Shown: positions 1 to 9,004 of the stretch, piece after piece
How positions within the stretch are numbered: the first letter of the stretch is position 1
How the letters are laid out: the number at the start of each line of letters is the position of its first letter
Assembly (NCBI GenBank): GCA_005882905.1
Contig: VBBG01000024.1
Location: 1-25,921, forward strand
Origin: Candidatus Bathyarchaeota archaeon
GTDB taxonomy: Archaea > Thermoproteota > Bathyarchaeia > 40CM-2-53-6
DNA length: 25,921 nt
Direction of reading: 5' to 3'
Notes under the pieces: model-generated
What the model was told of the DNA's origin: nothing
Database searches by the model: none
What the model saw: the letters and a program-made list of their open reading frames with translations, nothing else
Translations under genes and position numbers: made by a program

Positions 1-2
1 GG

Positions 3-575
3 ACCAGACCCCTCGCCACGCAGATCTCTAGTTTCTTGAAGGAACTGCACAGTATCAGAGTCCGAGGAAACAGTCTCAAGAGCATCCTCAGGTATTCGCC
101 TGAAGAATGGCTCAAGTCGATCAGGCAACACCATAACAAGATCCGAAGAATCATCTACCCCCTGCTGGACTCTGGACTCCGTGCACGATCCGAAGAATTC
201 TGGCGTGCACTCTTGGCGGATTTTGCCAACGCGAGTTTTAGCCCGACACTGATACATGGAGACCTTGGCACAGAGAACATCCTCATTGACCCTGCCTCTG
301 CTAAGCTAACAGGAATCCTCGATTGGGGCTACGCGCAAGTGAGCGACCCGGCCCTCGAATTCGCGCACATATTCATGCACGAATCCGAGCTTGGAAAGGA
401 GGTTTTGAGATTCTACGGTGACCAAGGATCAGGTTTCAAGGGACGCGTGCAATGGTATGTGGACTCCGAGCCTTTCTATGACATTATGTGGGGAATCAGT
501 CACCGCTGGCAAATAGCCAAGAGGCAAGGATTGAGCCAGCTCGCGAAAACGTTGAGAGCAAAGACTGAGAAATGA
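3..575 (+). CDS. Aminoglycoside phosphotransferase/choline-kinase-like (APH family) protein, 5'-truncated by the window
   Basis: HGDLGTENILID catalytic-loop motif followed by GILDWG (DFG-equivalent). The frame is open from position 3, so the true start lies upstream of the window. Confidence 0.85.
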   Translation, partial: TRPLATQISSFLKELHSIRVRGNSLKSILRYSPEEWLKSIRQHHNKIRRIIYPLLDSGLRARSEEFWRALLADFANASFSPTLIHGDLGTENILIDPASAKLTGILDWGYAQVSDPALEFAHIFMHESELGKEVLRFYGDQGSGFKGRVQWYVDSEPFYDIMWGISHRWQIAKRQGLSQLAKTLRAKTEK

Positions 576-668
576 TCGAAGCGGGAGACAGTGTAGCCTC
601 CTTGAACCGCATACTCATGCTGAGTGGTCTGCAGCGAAGACTAATTCTCGGTAACGAGCCGCATAGAA

Positions 669-1295
669 CTACCAATGTTTGTGGCCGGCTGCGAGGAACA
701 TCGGAATGTTGATCTGACCTTCTTCTTTCGTCTCTGAGCAGCAAGAACTCAACGACTCGACGCTGACGTCTTCTAGTCCGGCCTCGTGCATTATCCCACT
801 TACATAGCTCATCTTGAAGCCCATCCAGAGATCCGCGTGCTCCTTTCGCAACGAGTCGTGGTTATGCTCCTGAAGATCCGATAGCACTAATCTTCCTTTG
901 GGCGCCAAGACCCTTGTCATTTCCTTCACTGCAGTCTCAGGGCGCGGACAATGATGTAGGACCATGTTGCCGATGACCGCGTCTACCGACGCGTCGGGCA
1001 AAGGAATCTGTTCTGCGCTTCCAATCCTAAATTCTACGTTCCTCCCAGCCAGCTTGGTCCTAGCTTCAGCGATCATGGATTCCGAAAAATCGAGAGCTAT
1101 GACCTTGCGCGCTTTCCTAGATGCGGCCTCGGTGAGGAAGCCTGTTCCAGCTCCAACGTCTAGTACCGTTTGATCTGGCAGTATTCGGGCCGCCATCAGG
1201 ACTGCCTCTCGGACTTCTTCGCCATAGAAGCCCCGTCTAATCGTGTCCCACTGGGACGATACTTGCTCGAAGTATTCTTTTACTTCGCGAGACAA
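669..1295 (-). CDS. Class I SAM-dependent methyltransferase (UbiE/ArsM-like fold)
   Basis: VLDVGAGTG motif I, ALDFSESM motif II, GSAEQIPLPDASVDAVIGNMVLHH. Probable start is TTG at 1295 (LSREVKEYF). The longer track ORF from 1622 overlaps the divergent gene at 1350. Confidence 0.88.
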   Translation of the reverse strand: MSREVKEYFEQVSSQWDTIRRGFYGEEVREAVLMAARILPDQTVLDVGAGTGFLTEAASRKARKVIALDFSESMIAEARTKLAGRNVEFRIGSAEQIPLPDASVDAVIGNMVLHHCPRPETAVKEMTRVLAPKGRLVLSDLQEHNHDSLRKEHADLWMGFKMSYVSGIMHEAGLEDVSVESLSSCCSETKEEGQINIPMFLAAGHKHW

Positions 1296-1320
1296 TATGC
1301 ACGGTTGATCCTGTTCCGGG

Positions 1321-1325
1321 TTAAA
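1321..1325 (+). promoter_or_regulatory. Putative TATA box (TTAAA) for a leaderless transcript of the 1350 gene
   Basis: GGTTAAAGA with 24 nt between the box and the ATG at 1350, the usual archaeal leaderless geometry. Confidence 0.5.
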
Positions 1326-1349
1326 GAACATGTCTGAGCAGAGAGTAGT

Positions 1350-2054
1350 ATGACCGTCAGATCCGACTTCTACCAAATAGTGCTCCGGTTTCCACGATTG
1401 TTTCCAGATCCCGCTGTCTTCGAAGATCCGATCCATCTCGCTAATCGATACTTGATGGGAAATGGCATTCCTAGGGAGAAGGCGGATCTTGTCCATCAGA
1501 CCACAGATGAAATAGTTCCCGTCGATGATCGCGGAAATCCATCTACCGCGTCCGGGACTGCAAAGTATCCGTTCGAGGGCCGAACAATACTGGCGGAGTA
1601 TATGACCAACGCAAACATTCACTTGGATTATGCTGATTTCGGAACGGGCCTAACTCCCAGCGACCATTCGAGACTCTGGACCAAGGGCAAGCTGGGAGGC
1701 TTGAGATTCGAGCTCCGCGATTTCAAGCATCAGTCCCAGACTCTCACCATTCCGGACGTTTCAGAGCTCTACAGGATGTTGAAGGAGCGTGCTACTCCGA
1801 ATACGCTGTCGACCATCGAACTGGACAATGTTCCGGAACGTATGTTCAGAGCCGGGCTCGCCTACATTGAAGGAAGGTTGAGAGCCGACGCGAAGGCCGA
1901 TGGTCTGGAGGTAGAGGTCTACGCGGCATCGGACCTCTCCGCATCCGAGAAGGCGGCTCTGGAGCGGCGGCTGACTCGTGAGTCGAGCAAGTCTACAATC
2001 GTTGTCATTCTCTCCCGCGAGCCGGTTTCGAAATCCGAGCTAACAGTCGAATGA
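1350..2054 (+). CDS. Hypothetical soluble protein (234 aa), family not recognised
   Basis: Long ORF with globular composition, fills the gap between neighbours, and has a TATA box about 25 nt upstream. Confidence 0.8.
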   Translation: MTVRSDFYQIVLRFPRLFPDPAVFEDPIHLANRYLMGNGIPREKADLVHQTTDEIVPVDDRGNPSTASGTAKYPFEGRTILAEYMTNANIHLDYADFGTGLTPSDHSRLWTKGKLGGLRFELRDFKHQSQTLTIPDVSELYRMLKERATPNTLSTIELDNVPERMFRAGLAYIEGRLRADAKADGLEVEVYAASDLSASEKAALERRLTRESSKSTIVVILSREPVSKSELTVE

Positions 2055-2161
2055 TCTCAGCCGGACTGTAACCATTCGCTCCTCCTACAGGTAATGCTAG
2101 GGATAAGCAGGATTCCGGGCGCTAGTCTCGATGAGGAACCTGTTACTCCGGTTGAAGAGGG

Positions 2162-2725
2162 TTGGCCAAGGCTAAAATCGCGACTGTCCTGGCAATCCTG
2201 ATCGTCGGTGGAATAGCGGGCTACTTCTTCTGGCACGACTATGCCCAAGGAACGGTTACTCTGAGAATTAGTGATCCCCCGCAGCTCCAGAACGGCAACA
2301 ATCCGCACTACGACCCGAGTATTCTGCACATCTACATCACGTTCACCGAAATCGACGTTCATCAGGCCGGATTTGGAAGCACGAACAGCACCGGCTGGCA
2401 TGCACTGGTGAGATCTCCGACGACTGTAGACCTGATTTCTGTCCTGAACACTCCTAGGACGCTGGCCAGCACAAACCTAGCTACTGGAACATATGATCAG
2501 CTGAGGTTCCCAGTCTCAACAGCAATCGTCACATTCTCCTCGACCGGAAACGTGACGTATACGATACCCAGTAGCTCGTTCAAGGTCTCTATCACAGGCG
2601 GAGGCTTCCAGAGTAGCCCGGGCGCAAGGGTCAACTTGTTGCTGACGATCTCCTTCAGTGATAATGAGATTCTGGCGATGAACGGATATCTTACTCCCCA
2701 CGCCTCGGCCCAAGTAGTAGGCTGA
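2162..2725 (+). CDS. DUF4382-like membrane-anchored/exported beta-sandwich protein
   Basis: N-terminal basic plus hydrophobic helix (KAKIATVLAILIVGGIAGYFFW), then GTVTLRISDPP...IYITFTEIDVH and LATGTYDQLRF, which match DUF4382. TTG start preceded by GAAGAGGG. Confidence 0.7.
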   Translation: MAKAKIATVLAILIVGGIAGYFFWHDYAQGTVTLRISDPPQLQNGNNPHYDPSILHIYITFTEIDVHQAGFGSTNSTGWHALVRSPTTVDLISVLNTPRTLASTNLATGTYDQLRFPVSTAIVTFSSTGNVTYTIPSSSFKVSITGGGFQSSPGARVNLLLTISFSDNEILAMNGYLTPHASAQVVG

Positions 2726-2748
2726 CGCGGCGGCCAGAAATCTTTTCT

Positions 2749-3126
2749 TCACACGACCCTCTTGTAGGACTCTACGAATTCCGGGTCTATGACGCCCGAC
2801 ATGACGTGTTCAGTTCCGTCGGGAAGAATTATCGGAGTCCCGGCTGCATGGTAGGGCAGGTCGAACCTCTCCAGCTTGTCCGGAGCGTCAACCTCAAACA
2901 GCTTGTAGCATGCCCCATTCTCATAATGGAACGCATAGAGCTTCTCCAACCGTCGTTCTCCGAACCCTCCAGCACGGCCCCCGGCTGCCGTGGACCCTTC
3001 TGGAAGCTGAAGTATATACACGGAGTTTCCGCCCTGAAGATTCTGCAGGTCCACAGGGTTTTCCGCGACTAGGATCTTTCGACCCTTCTCGACGAGGAGT
3101 TTGGTAAGCTCTTCCAGGGGAGTCAT
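2749..3126 (-). CDS. Hypothetical protein (125 aa) with a Gly-rich AAGGRAGGFGERR loop
   Basis: ATG start, protein-like composition, 44 nt downstream of a co-oriented gene. Confidence 0.78.
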   Translation of the reverse strand: MTPLEELTKLLVEKGRKILVAENPVDLQNLQGGNSVYILQLPEGSTAAGGRAGGFGERRLEKLYAFHYENGACYKLFEVDAPDKLERFDLPYHAAGTPIILPDGTEHVMSGVIDPEFVESYKRVV

Positions 3127-3170
3127 GGCTTCGGCCTCGGCGTGGTGCGTGTAGAAATCTCTATCGTCTC

Positions 3171-3539
3171 CTAGAGGAAGCTGATCAGGGCGTCCTTCCG
3201 GCCCATTCGGAGCTGCTTCTCGACTTCGCCCTTCTCCTCTTCAGTTAGAGGCGTGTAAAGCCTAGAGTCGTCTTCGAACTTGGAGTATCGTCCCGCGACG
3301 AGATAGATCTCTTTCCCGATCTCCTTCAGAACAGTCACCCGGTTCAGACTATCCTTCTCAGTGTAATAGTAAAGGGGCGTCGTGTCGTATTTAGCTAGTT
3401 CGAGCTTCGAGATTCGTTTCTTCGCGGGAACCTGCTTCTGTATAGATCCTTCCTGTTCGGGCAATTTTTGGCCTCTCGACGCATCTGCCGCCAGCCCTTC
3501 TCGATTATCGAGATGGCTAAGCGGCCCGTTTTCCTTCAT
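3171..3539 (-). CDS. Hypothetical protein (up to 122 aa; alternative TTG start at 3464)
   Basis: The C-terminal ~85 aa look globular (YDTTPLYYYTEKDSLNRVTVLKE...YLVAGRY). The N-terminus is low-complexity, so the start is uncertain. Confidence 0.72.
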   Translation of the reverse strand: MKENGPLSHLDNREGLAADASRGQKLPEQEGSIQKQVPAKKRISKLELAKYDTTPLYYYTEKDSLNRVTVLKEIGKEIYLVAGRYSKFEDDSRLYTPLTEEEKGEVEKQLRMGRKDALISFL

Positions 3540-3696
3540 ACCACTGGCTAGTTAAACCTTGGAAGACGGAATTCAGCAAATCCTGCGAGACACGTTTTGC
3601 AACATGAAGAACAGCTCAGCTTGATTACACCATTGAGGGTCCGGTTTCTTGGTAGAGCTTAAGAGTCTGCCTCACGTAGGTCCAGACTGAACTGGC

Positions 3697-3981
3697 GTGA
3701 ACAGAACATTCCTCATTCTCGGCTCGGTTTTGCTCGCCTTGGGAGTTGCCTCCTACGTCGTCTCCTCCTACACCAGCCTCATCGGAGGCCGCACTCACAG
3801 CATCATCCCGCTCGGAGGCATCGGCTTAGCCGTCCTCGGAGCCTTGATCGCAGTCGGTGGAGTGATGATGGGGAAGGCGGGAGCAAAGACCGGAGGCCAG
3901 TTCAAGTGCGCCAAGTGTGGCGCAGTCTTCGGTTCCCAGACCGCTCTGGACCAGCATACAAAAGACAAGCACGGCAAGTAG
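3697..3981 (+). CDS. Small two-TM membrane protein with a C-terminal C2H2 zinc finger
   Basis: Two hydrophobic segments followed by FKCAKCGAVFGSQTALDQHTKDKH (F-x-C-x2-C-x3-F-x5-L-x2-H-x4-H). Confidence 0.82.
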   Translation: MNRTFLILGSVLLALGVASYVVSSYTSLIGGRTHSIIPLGGIGLAVLGALIAVGGVMMGKAGAKTGGQFKCAKCGAVFGSQTALDQHTKDKHGK

Positions 3982-4050
3982 TCCAGGTCTACCACGAAAT
4001 AGAGTATATTCTTCTGTTAGCCAATTTACTCTCTGGGACTGCTTCTTCTA

Positions 4051-5658
4051 TCATTCAAGACGGTCGTAGGCTAGCAGAGTCATGAAGTCGGGAAACTGTC
4101 TGTCTGTCGCAAGCTGATCGAGAATTATTCCAGCGGTATCCAGACTATTGTCTGGTCTTCGTGCGTTCTCTAGCCTAGCCTGCTCGATTTCGCTGTTGAG
4201 AATCGTGCGGAATATTTCCGGACTGAATCTTCTACCATCCTCTAGGAGAGCATCATTGCGTATCCACTGCCAGAGCTGCGCGCGGCAAATCTCTACCGTT
4301 GCAGCATCTTCCATCAGGTTCTTGATGGCGACGCAGCCGTTGCCGTTGAGCCAAGAGCTGAGGTATCGTAGGCTGACACTTATGTTCGCCCTGATCCCCG
4401 CTTCAGTGATCGGGCCCTTAGGAACGTGCAGGAGGTCTCTCGAGGTTATTCTCATGCCTTCGTGCTTGACATCGAGCTGGTTGGGTCCCGTCATGTGGTC
4501 GTTGAAGACTTTCATGACGACCGGAACCAGGTCGGGATGGGCTACCCACGCGCCGTCGAAGCCTTGTTCGACTTCGCGGGTCTTGTCTGCGATGACCTTG
4601 TCTATCGCCAGCTTCTGCGCTTTCGGATCGTTTCTGGTCGGCACGTTTGCCGCCATTCCCCCGATAGCGTAGGCTCCCCGTTTGTGGCAGGTCTGGACTA
4701 GCAGCAGAGCGCATGATGTGAGGAAGTGTGTCGTCATGGCTAGAAGCGCCCTATCTGGAAGGAGAAAGTCAGGGTTCCACCCAAGCTTCTTGATGAAGCT
4801 GAAGATATAGTCCCACCTTCCAAAGTTGAGCGCTGTTATGTGGCCCTGAAGCTCGTGGAGAATCTCGTCCATCTCGAATGCGGCGAGGATGTTCTCGATC
4901 AGTACGGTGCACTTTATGCTGTTCGCTGGAAGCCCGAGGATCTGCTCTGACATGTCGAAAACATCGTTCCAGAGTCGAGCCTCCAGATGGTTCTCCAGCT
5001 TCGGGAGATAGTAGTATGGTCCCGTGCCCTGTTCTCGAAGTTTCTTGTGATTGTGATAGAGGTAGAGTCCAAAGTCGAAGAAGGCTGCAGGGATAGCCTC
5101 GCCCTCCATCAAGACATGTTTCTCGGGTAGATGGAGTCCGCGCGGCCGGACGCAGAGGGTCGCGACACTCTTGTTGAGCCGGTAGGTCTTGCCCTCAAGG
5201 CTTGTGTGCTCTATGCTCCGGTTCACAGCGTCTCTCAGATTGATCTGGCCCTGGATCGTGCCGCGCCACGTTGGAGAGTGCGAATCCTCAAAATCAGCCA
5301 TGTAGACATCGGCTCCAGAGTTGAGGGCGTTAATCATCATTTTCCGATCCACTGGACCCGTAATCTCTACTCGGCGAAGGGTCAGATCAGATGGTGGGGG
5401 TCCGATCTTCCACGAATCTCTCCGCACATTTTCTGTTTCAGAAAGGAAACTCGGGAGGATGCTTCTTCCGATCTTCTCACTGATTCTGAGCCTTCTCTCA
5501 AGGAGTTCGCGGCGTCTCTGTTCGAAGATGGTGACAAGTGTGCCGACGAAATTCATCGCGTCCTTGGTGAGTACTGTCTCAAAGCCCAGGTCGAGCGGGC
5601 CGAGAATGTCGAGCTGGTGAAACTCGGACGGGACATGCTGCGAGTTCAGCTTCGCCAA
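4051..5658 (-). CDS. aceB: Malate synthase A
   Basis: 535 aa. RRVEITGPVDRKMMINALNSGA, VRPRGLHL, YYYLPKLE, LNFGRWDYIFS, GFDGAWVAHP and LMEDAAT motifs of MSA-type malate synthase. Confidence 0.97.
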   Translation of the reverse strand: MAKLNSQHVPSEFHQLDILGPLDLGFETVLTKDAMNFVGTLVTIFEQRRRELLERRLRISEKIGRSILPSFLSETENVRRDSWKIGPPPSDLTLRRVEITGPVDRKMMINALNSGADVYMADFEDSHSPTWRGTIQGQINLRDAVNRSIEHTSLEGKTYRLNKSVATLCVRPRGLHLPEKHVLMEGEAIPAAFFDFGLYLYHNHKKLREQGTGPYYYLPKLENHLEARLWNDVFDMSEQILGLPANSIKCTVLIENILAAFEMDEILHELQGHITALNFGRWDYIFSFIKKLGWNPDFLLPDRALLAMTTHFLTSCALLLVQTCHKRGAYAIGGMAANVPTRNDPKAQKLAIDKVIADKTREVEQGFDGAWVAHPDLVPVVMKVFNDHMTGPNQLDVKHEGMRITSRDLLHVPKGPITEAGIRANISVSLRYLSSWLNGNGCVAIKNLMEDAATVEICRAQLWQWIRNDALLEDGRRFSPEIFRTILNSEIEQARLENARRPDNSLDTAGIILDQLATDRQFPDFMTLLAYDRLE

Positions 5659-5677
5659 GAATGCCCCGTCCTCGGTT

Positions 5678-7057
5678 CTACTCTTTTAGAGCTTGTCTCT
5701 TCTGATCCGCTGGGACCGAGACCTCGACCTTCCGTCGAAACTGAGCCGCCTCGGTCGAATCCTTCATCGCGACTGTCGCGGATTCTCCTTCGGAGATCAC
5801 TTGGGCGACCTGGTCGAAGTATCCTGTTCCCACGAAGCTCTGGTGTTTGACCGCCCCGTACCCTGCTTTCTCAGCCTGGAATTCTCGCTTCTGGAGACGC
5901 ACGTAGGCGGGCATTCCCTGTTGCGCGTATGTGCTGGCGAGCTCGAACATCGACTGGTTGAGAGTGTGGAATCCTGCAAGCGTGATGAACTGGAACTTGT
6001 ATCCGAAGGACGCTAGCTTCTGCTGGAAGGCTGCGATCTCGTCGGGGGTGAGATGTTTTTCCCAGTTGAAGGAGGGCGAGCAATTGTACGCTAACGCCTT
6101 TCCCGGAAAGGCGGAGTGTATTCCCTCTGCGAATCTTCTCGCCTCGTCTAGATCTGGGGTGGGAGTCTCGCACCAGACTAGATCAGCGTACGGGGCATAG
6201 GCTTGTCCCCTGGCTATCGCGGCTTCCATGCCGCCCTTGAACAGGAAGTGGCCTTCAGTAGTTCTCTCTCCAGTTATGAATGGTTGGTCTCTCGGATCCG
6301 CGTCGCTTGAGATGAGCTTGGCCGCTTCCGCATCTGTTCGGGCAACCAATATAGACGGGACGCCCTGGATATCAGCGGCCAGCCTAGCGGCTACTAGCGT
6401 TCTGATGAAATAGCTTGTAGGGACAAGCACCTTGCCTCCCAAGTGCCCGCACTTCTTCTCCGAGGTCAGCTGATCTTCGAAGTGGACTCCCGCCGCACCC
6501 GCTTCGATCATCTCTTTCATCAACTCGAACACGTTAAGGTGTCCGCCAAATCCGGCTTCCCCGTCCGCTATTATCGGGACATACCAGTACGCGCCGTTCT
6601 CTCCTTCAGCATGATTGATCTGGTCAGCTCTCTGAAGCGCCCTATTGATCCTCCTCACGATCTGTGCACCGCTGTTTGAAGGGTACAGCCCAAGGTCGGG
6701 GTAGGTGTTTCCAGACAGGTTCGCGTCTGCGGCGACCTGCCATCCGCTTACGTAGATAGCCTCCAGTCCCGCCTGGACCATCTGGACTGCCTGGTTACCT
6801 GTTAAGGCTCCCAGCGCTGGAATGTAGGGTCTACTGTTCAGTAGTTGCCAGAACCTGTTTGCCCCCATCGAGGCTAGTGTGTGTTCGATCCTTACTGATC
6901 CTCGGAGCTTCTCCACGGCTTCGGGAGTATATGGCCGGGTGATTCCCTTCCATCTTCCGAGTCTCCACTCTTCCTCAACCTGTCGTGTGTCCAAGGAAGG
7001 CCGCGCCCGTTCCGGTCTTGTAGAGCCGGGTATGTAAAGCGCCCGGTTTTGTGGCAT
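5678..7057 (-). CDS. aceA: Isocitrate lyase
   Basis: [25 protein letters not shown], catalytic [29 protein letters not shown] and [11 protein letters not shown]. Ends 20 nt before the aceB start. Confidence 0.98.
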   Translation of the reverse strand: MPQNRALYIPGSTRPERARPSLDTRQVEEEWRLGRWKGITRPYTPEAVEKLRGSVRIEHTLASMGANRFWQLLNSRPYIPALGALTGNQAVQMVQAGLEAIYVSGWQVAADANLSGNTYPDLGLYPSNSGAQIVRRINRALQRADQINHAEGENGAYWYVPIIADGEAGFGGHLNVFELMKEMIEAGAAGVHFEDQLTSEKKCGHLGGKVLVPTSYFIRTLVAARLAADIQGVPSILVARTDAEAAKLISSDADPRDQPFITGERTTEGHFLFKGGMEAAIARGQAYAPYADLVWCETPTPDLDEARRFAEGIHSAFPGKALAYNCSPSFNWEKHLTPDEIAAFQQKLASFGYKFQFITLAGFHTLNQSMFELASTYAQQGMPAYVRLQKREFQAEKAGYGAVKHQSFVGTGYFDQVAQVISEGESATVAMKDSTEAAQFRRKVEVSVPADQKRQALKE

Positions 7058-7128
7058 AGTTGAAAATCTTCCGCTACAAACAGCTATCTTTGGAGATAGA
7101 GCTAGCCCATGCCCGCACGAGCTATTGT

Positions 7129-8580
7129 CTAAGGGTGGAGAATGGGTTTGAGGAACGGACCAGTGTCGAGCCTTGAGAACTCGTCGAGGTCAATGTTGGC
7201 GCCAGGGCGCATTATCTTCCTCAGGTAGTCGCCCGTCTTTGGTGAGTCCCACCACTCTTCGCCCAGTCTGCTCTGCAGCCTCTTGATCAATTCCGACTTT
7301 CTCACGGCCGCTATGAGGTAGCTAGGCGAGTAGAGATCATAGTCGGGCATTACGTGGTGGAGTTGCCAGTACTCGCCCGGTATCTCGAAGCCGACGTACT
7401 CCTTGTACAGTTTCGCATAGAGTTCTGACGCCTGGTCCATCGTGAGCTTCTTTTCCTGGAAGCTGATCTTCATGAGACTGTTCGCCGCGTAGAAGGCGAC
7501 GAAGAAGAGTTCCATGAACCTGCGTCGCTCCGTCACCTCTCGTATCTGATCGTCCGACAGTCCAAACTTTTTGCGCAAGTATCTCGGGTCCTCAACCAGA
7601 CTCTCGAGGAATGTTGAGAATATCTCCGCGACGCCGTGTGAGAGGGACTCTCTGTCCCAGAGCGATAGGTTGGGGTCGACGGAGATGCAGTGCATTGCAT
7701 GGCCGAACTCGTGATAGGCCGCTTCCATATCGGTGTACGGGCTGATCGGCTTGACCAGGACCCGCGCATCGTTTGGAATCTGTACGAAGAAAGCTACCGC
7801 AGATGGTGTCTTCTTGGGCCGGTCCTCGACGTCAACATGGATCCTCCTCGTGTCAAAGCCAAGCCGCTTCAATTGCCTCACGGGCATCTCTGCAGGATCA
7901 AACTTCGAGAAGATCTTGTCTAGAGGACGGAAGATTCGTCCCCGGAAGTAGTAGAAATCGTCGTAGTATTCGGCAGGAGCCCTCTTGATCTGCATCGCGA
8001 AATCCTGTAGAGCTTCTCTGAACGGCTTCCTTACCGCCGCCCCAAGCTTCTGGACCAGCTCCTTCAGGTCCGCCAGCGTTATCCTCTCGCTCTCAAGGTA
8101 ACTCCGCAACGGCGTAGTGCCGTATTTTCTGTGGACACTCCAAGACTTTTCGAACATCGCCCGTATGAGGGGCCGTATCACGGGGGTCTTCTTGACCAGC
8201 TCGTCGTAGACCTGCTTCCTGCTGTCCGCGTCGGCTACAGCACTGAACTGGCGCCAATTCTTCCAGTTGACCCGGCGACCGTGGAAGCGTTTCGTCCGTG
8301 AGACAATCTTCTCGGCGCGTGCTTTGTCCAGTTCGAGGCTGAGAGGGGTCTTCTTCGACTCGGAGACGTCGGTCACGCACTTGATGAAGAGGCGTCTCGG
8401 GCGGCGTGACGTTGATAGGAAGAGTTCAGCGTGTCGCGCCTTCTGTTCGGCAATGTTCTTCATGAACTCCTCGTCGAACTCTAGCCCGTTGTACATCTTC
8501 CAGTTCTCGTGTCCCGACAGAATTGAGAAGGACTCGTCAACTATAGCCCAGGAGCTGAGCGGGTAGGGAAGACCCTGCAT
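7129..8580 (-). CDS. M3/M32-like gluzincin metallopeptidase (oligoendopeptidase F-like)
   Basis: HEXXH in [11 protein letters not shown], downstream third ligand in GVAEIFS, and [11 protein letters not shown] preceding the motif. Confidence 0.8.
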   Translation of the reverse strand: MQGLPYPLSSWAIVDESFSILSGHENWKMYNGLEFDEEFMKNIAEQKARHAELFLSTSRRPRRLFIKCVTDVSESKKTPLSLELDKARAEKIVSRTKRFHGRRVNWKNWRQFSAVADADSRKQVYDELVKKTPVIRPLIRAMFEKSWSVHRKYGTTPLRSYLESERITLADLKELVQKLGAAVRKPFREALQDFAMQIKRAPAEYYDDFYYFRGRIFRPLDKIFSKFDPAEMPVRQLKRLGFDTRRIHVDVEDRPKKTPSAVAFFVQIPNDARVLVKPISPYTDMEAAYHEFGHAMHCISVDPNLSLWDRESLSHGVAEIFSTFLESLVEDPRYLRKKFGLSDDQIREVTERRRFMELFFVAFYAANSLMKISFQEKKLTMDQASELYAKLYKEYVGFEIPGEYWQLHHVMPDYDLYSPSYLIAAVRKSELIKRLQSRLGEEWWDSPKTGDYLRKIMRPGANIDLDEFSRLDTGPFLKPILHP

Positions 8581-8627
8581 AGGCCGCTGGTCTAGAAGAG
8601 GTAGGGGGATAAGTTATTCGGAGCGTT

Positions 8628-8930
8628 CTACATCTTTAGCTGGCCCGAGCGCCTCAGCGACTCGACCTGCCCGGCAGTGTAGCGGAACATGATGTCGCCC
8701 CTCTCCTGCTGAAAGTCCCACGGGGCAACAAGGACAGTGTCACCCATCTTGATCCAGACCCGGCGCTTCATCTTTCCCCGAATCCTGCAGACCCGCGTAA
8801 CCCCATCAGAACACTCGACTAGGACTCTATCGTAGCCAAGGAGGTTCTTGACTATCCCGTACATCTGGCCGGGACCCGGAGTAAGCATCTCACTCAGGTT
8901 GGCCTCGCTGAGAACCTTGCGCTTTCCCAT
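8628..8930 (-). CDS. eif1a: Translation initiation factor aIF-1A (eIF-1A)
   Basis: CSDGVTRVCRIRGKMKRRVWIKMGDTVLVAPWDFQ..RGDIMFRY is the archaeal/eukaryotic IF-1A signature. Confidence 0.97.
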   Translation of the reverse strand: MGKRKVLSEANLSEMLTPGPGQMYGIVKNLLGYDRVLVECSDGVTRVCRIRGKMKRRVWIKMGDTVLVAPWDFQQERGDIMFRYTAGQVESLRRSGQLKM

Positions 8931-8958
8931 CTTCTCCCTCTCCTAGCGCGTCCCTTCC

Positions 8959-8966
8959 ATATTAAA
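8959..8966 (-). promoter_or_regulatory. Putative TATA box (TTTAATAT) of the aIF-1A gene
   Basis: Minus-strand TTTAATAT about 29 nt upstream of the ATG at 8930, with purine-rich GGAGAGGGAGAAG directly before the start. Confidence 0.55.
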
Positions 8967-9004
8967 GCTCCAAGATACTGCGCTGGTGAAAGCGTCGCCT
9001 GTAT

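Noticed and set aside
1296-1622. N-terminal 109-aa extension of the methyltransferase in the ORF track
   Set aside because: It overlaps the divergent 1350 gene and its TATA box, and is not domain-like. TTG at 1295 gives a normal-length MT.
4148-6679. Numerous long plus-strand ORFs (e.g. 4148-4672, 5131-5850) opposite aceA/aceB
   Set aside because: Antisense shadows of highly conserved genes in GC-rich codon context, with no recognisable motifs.
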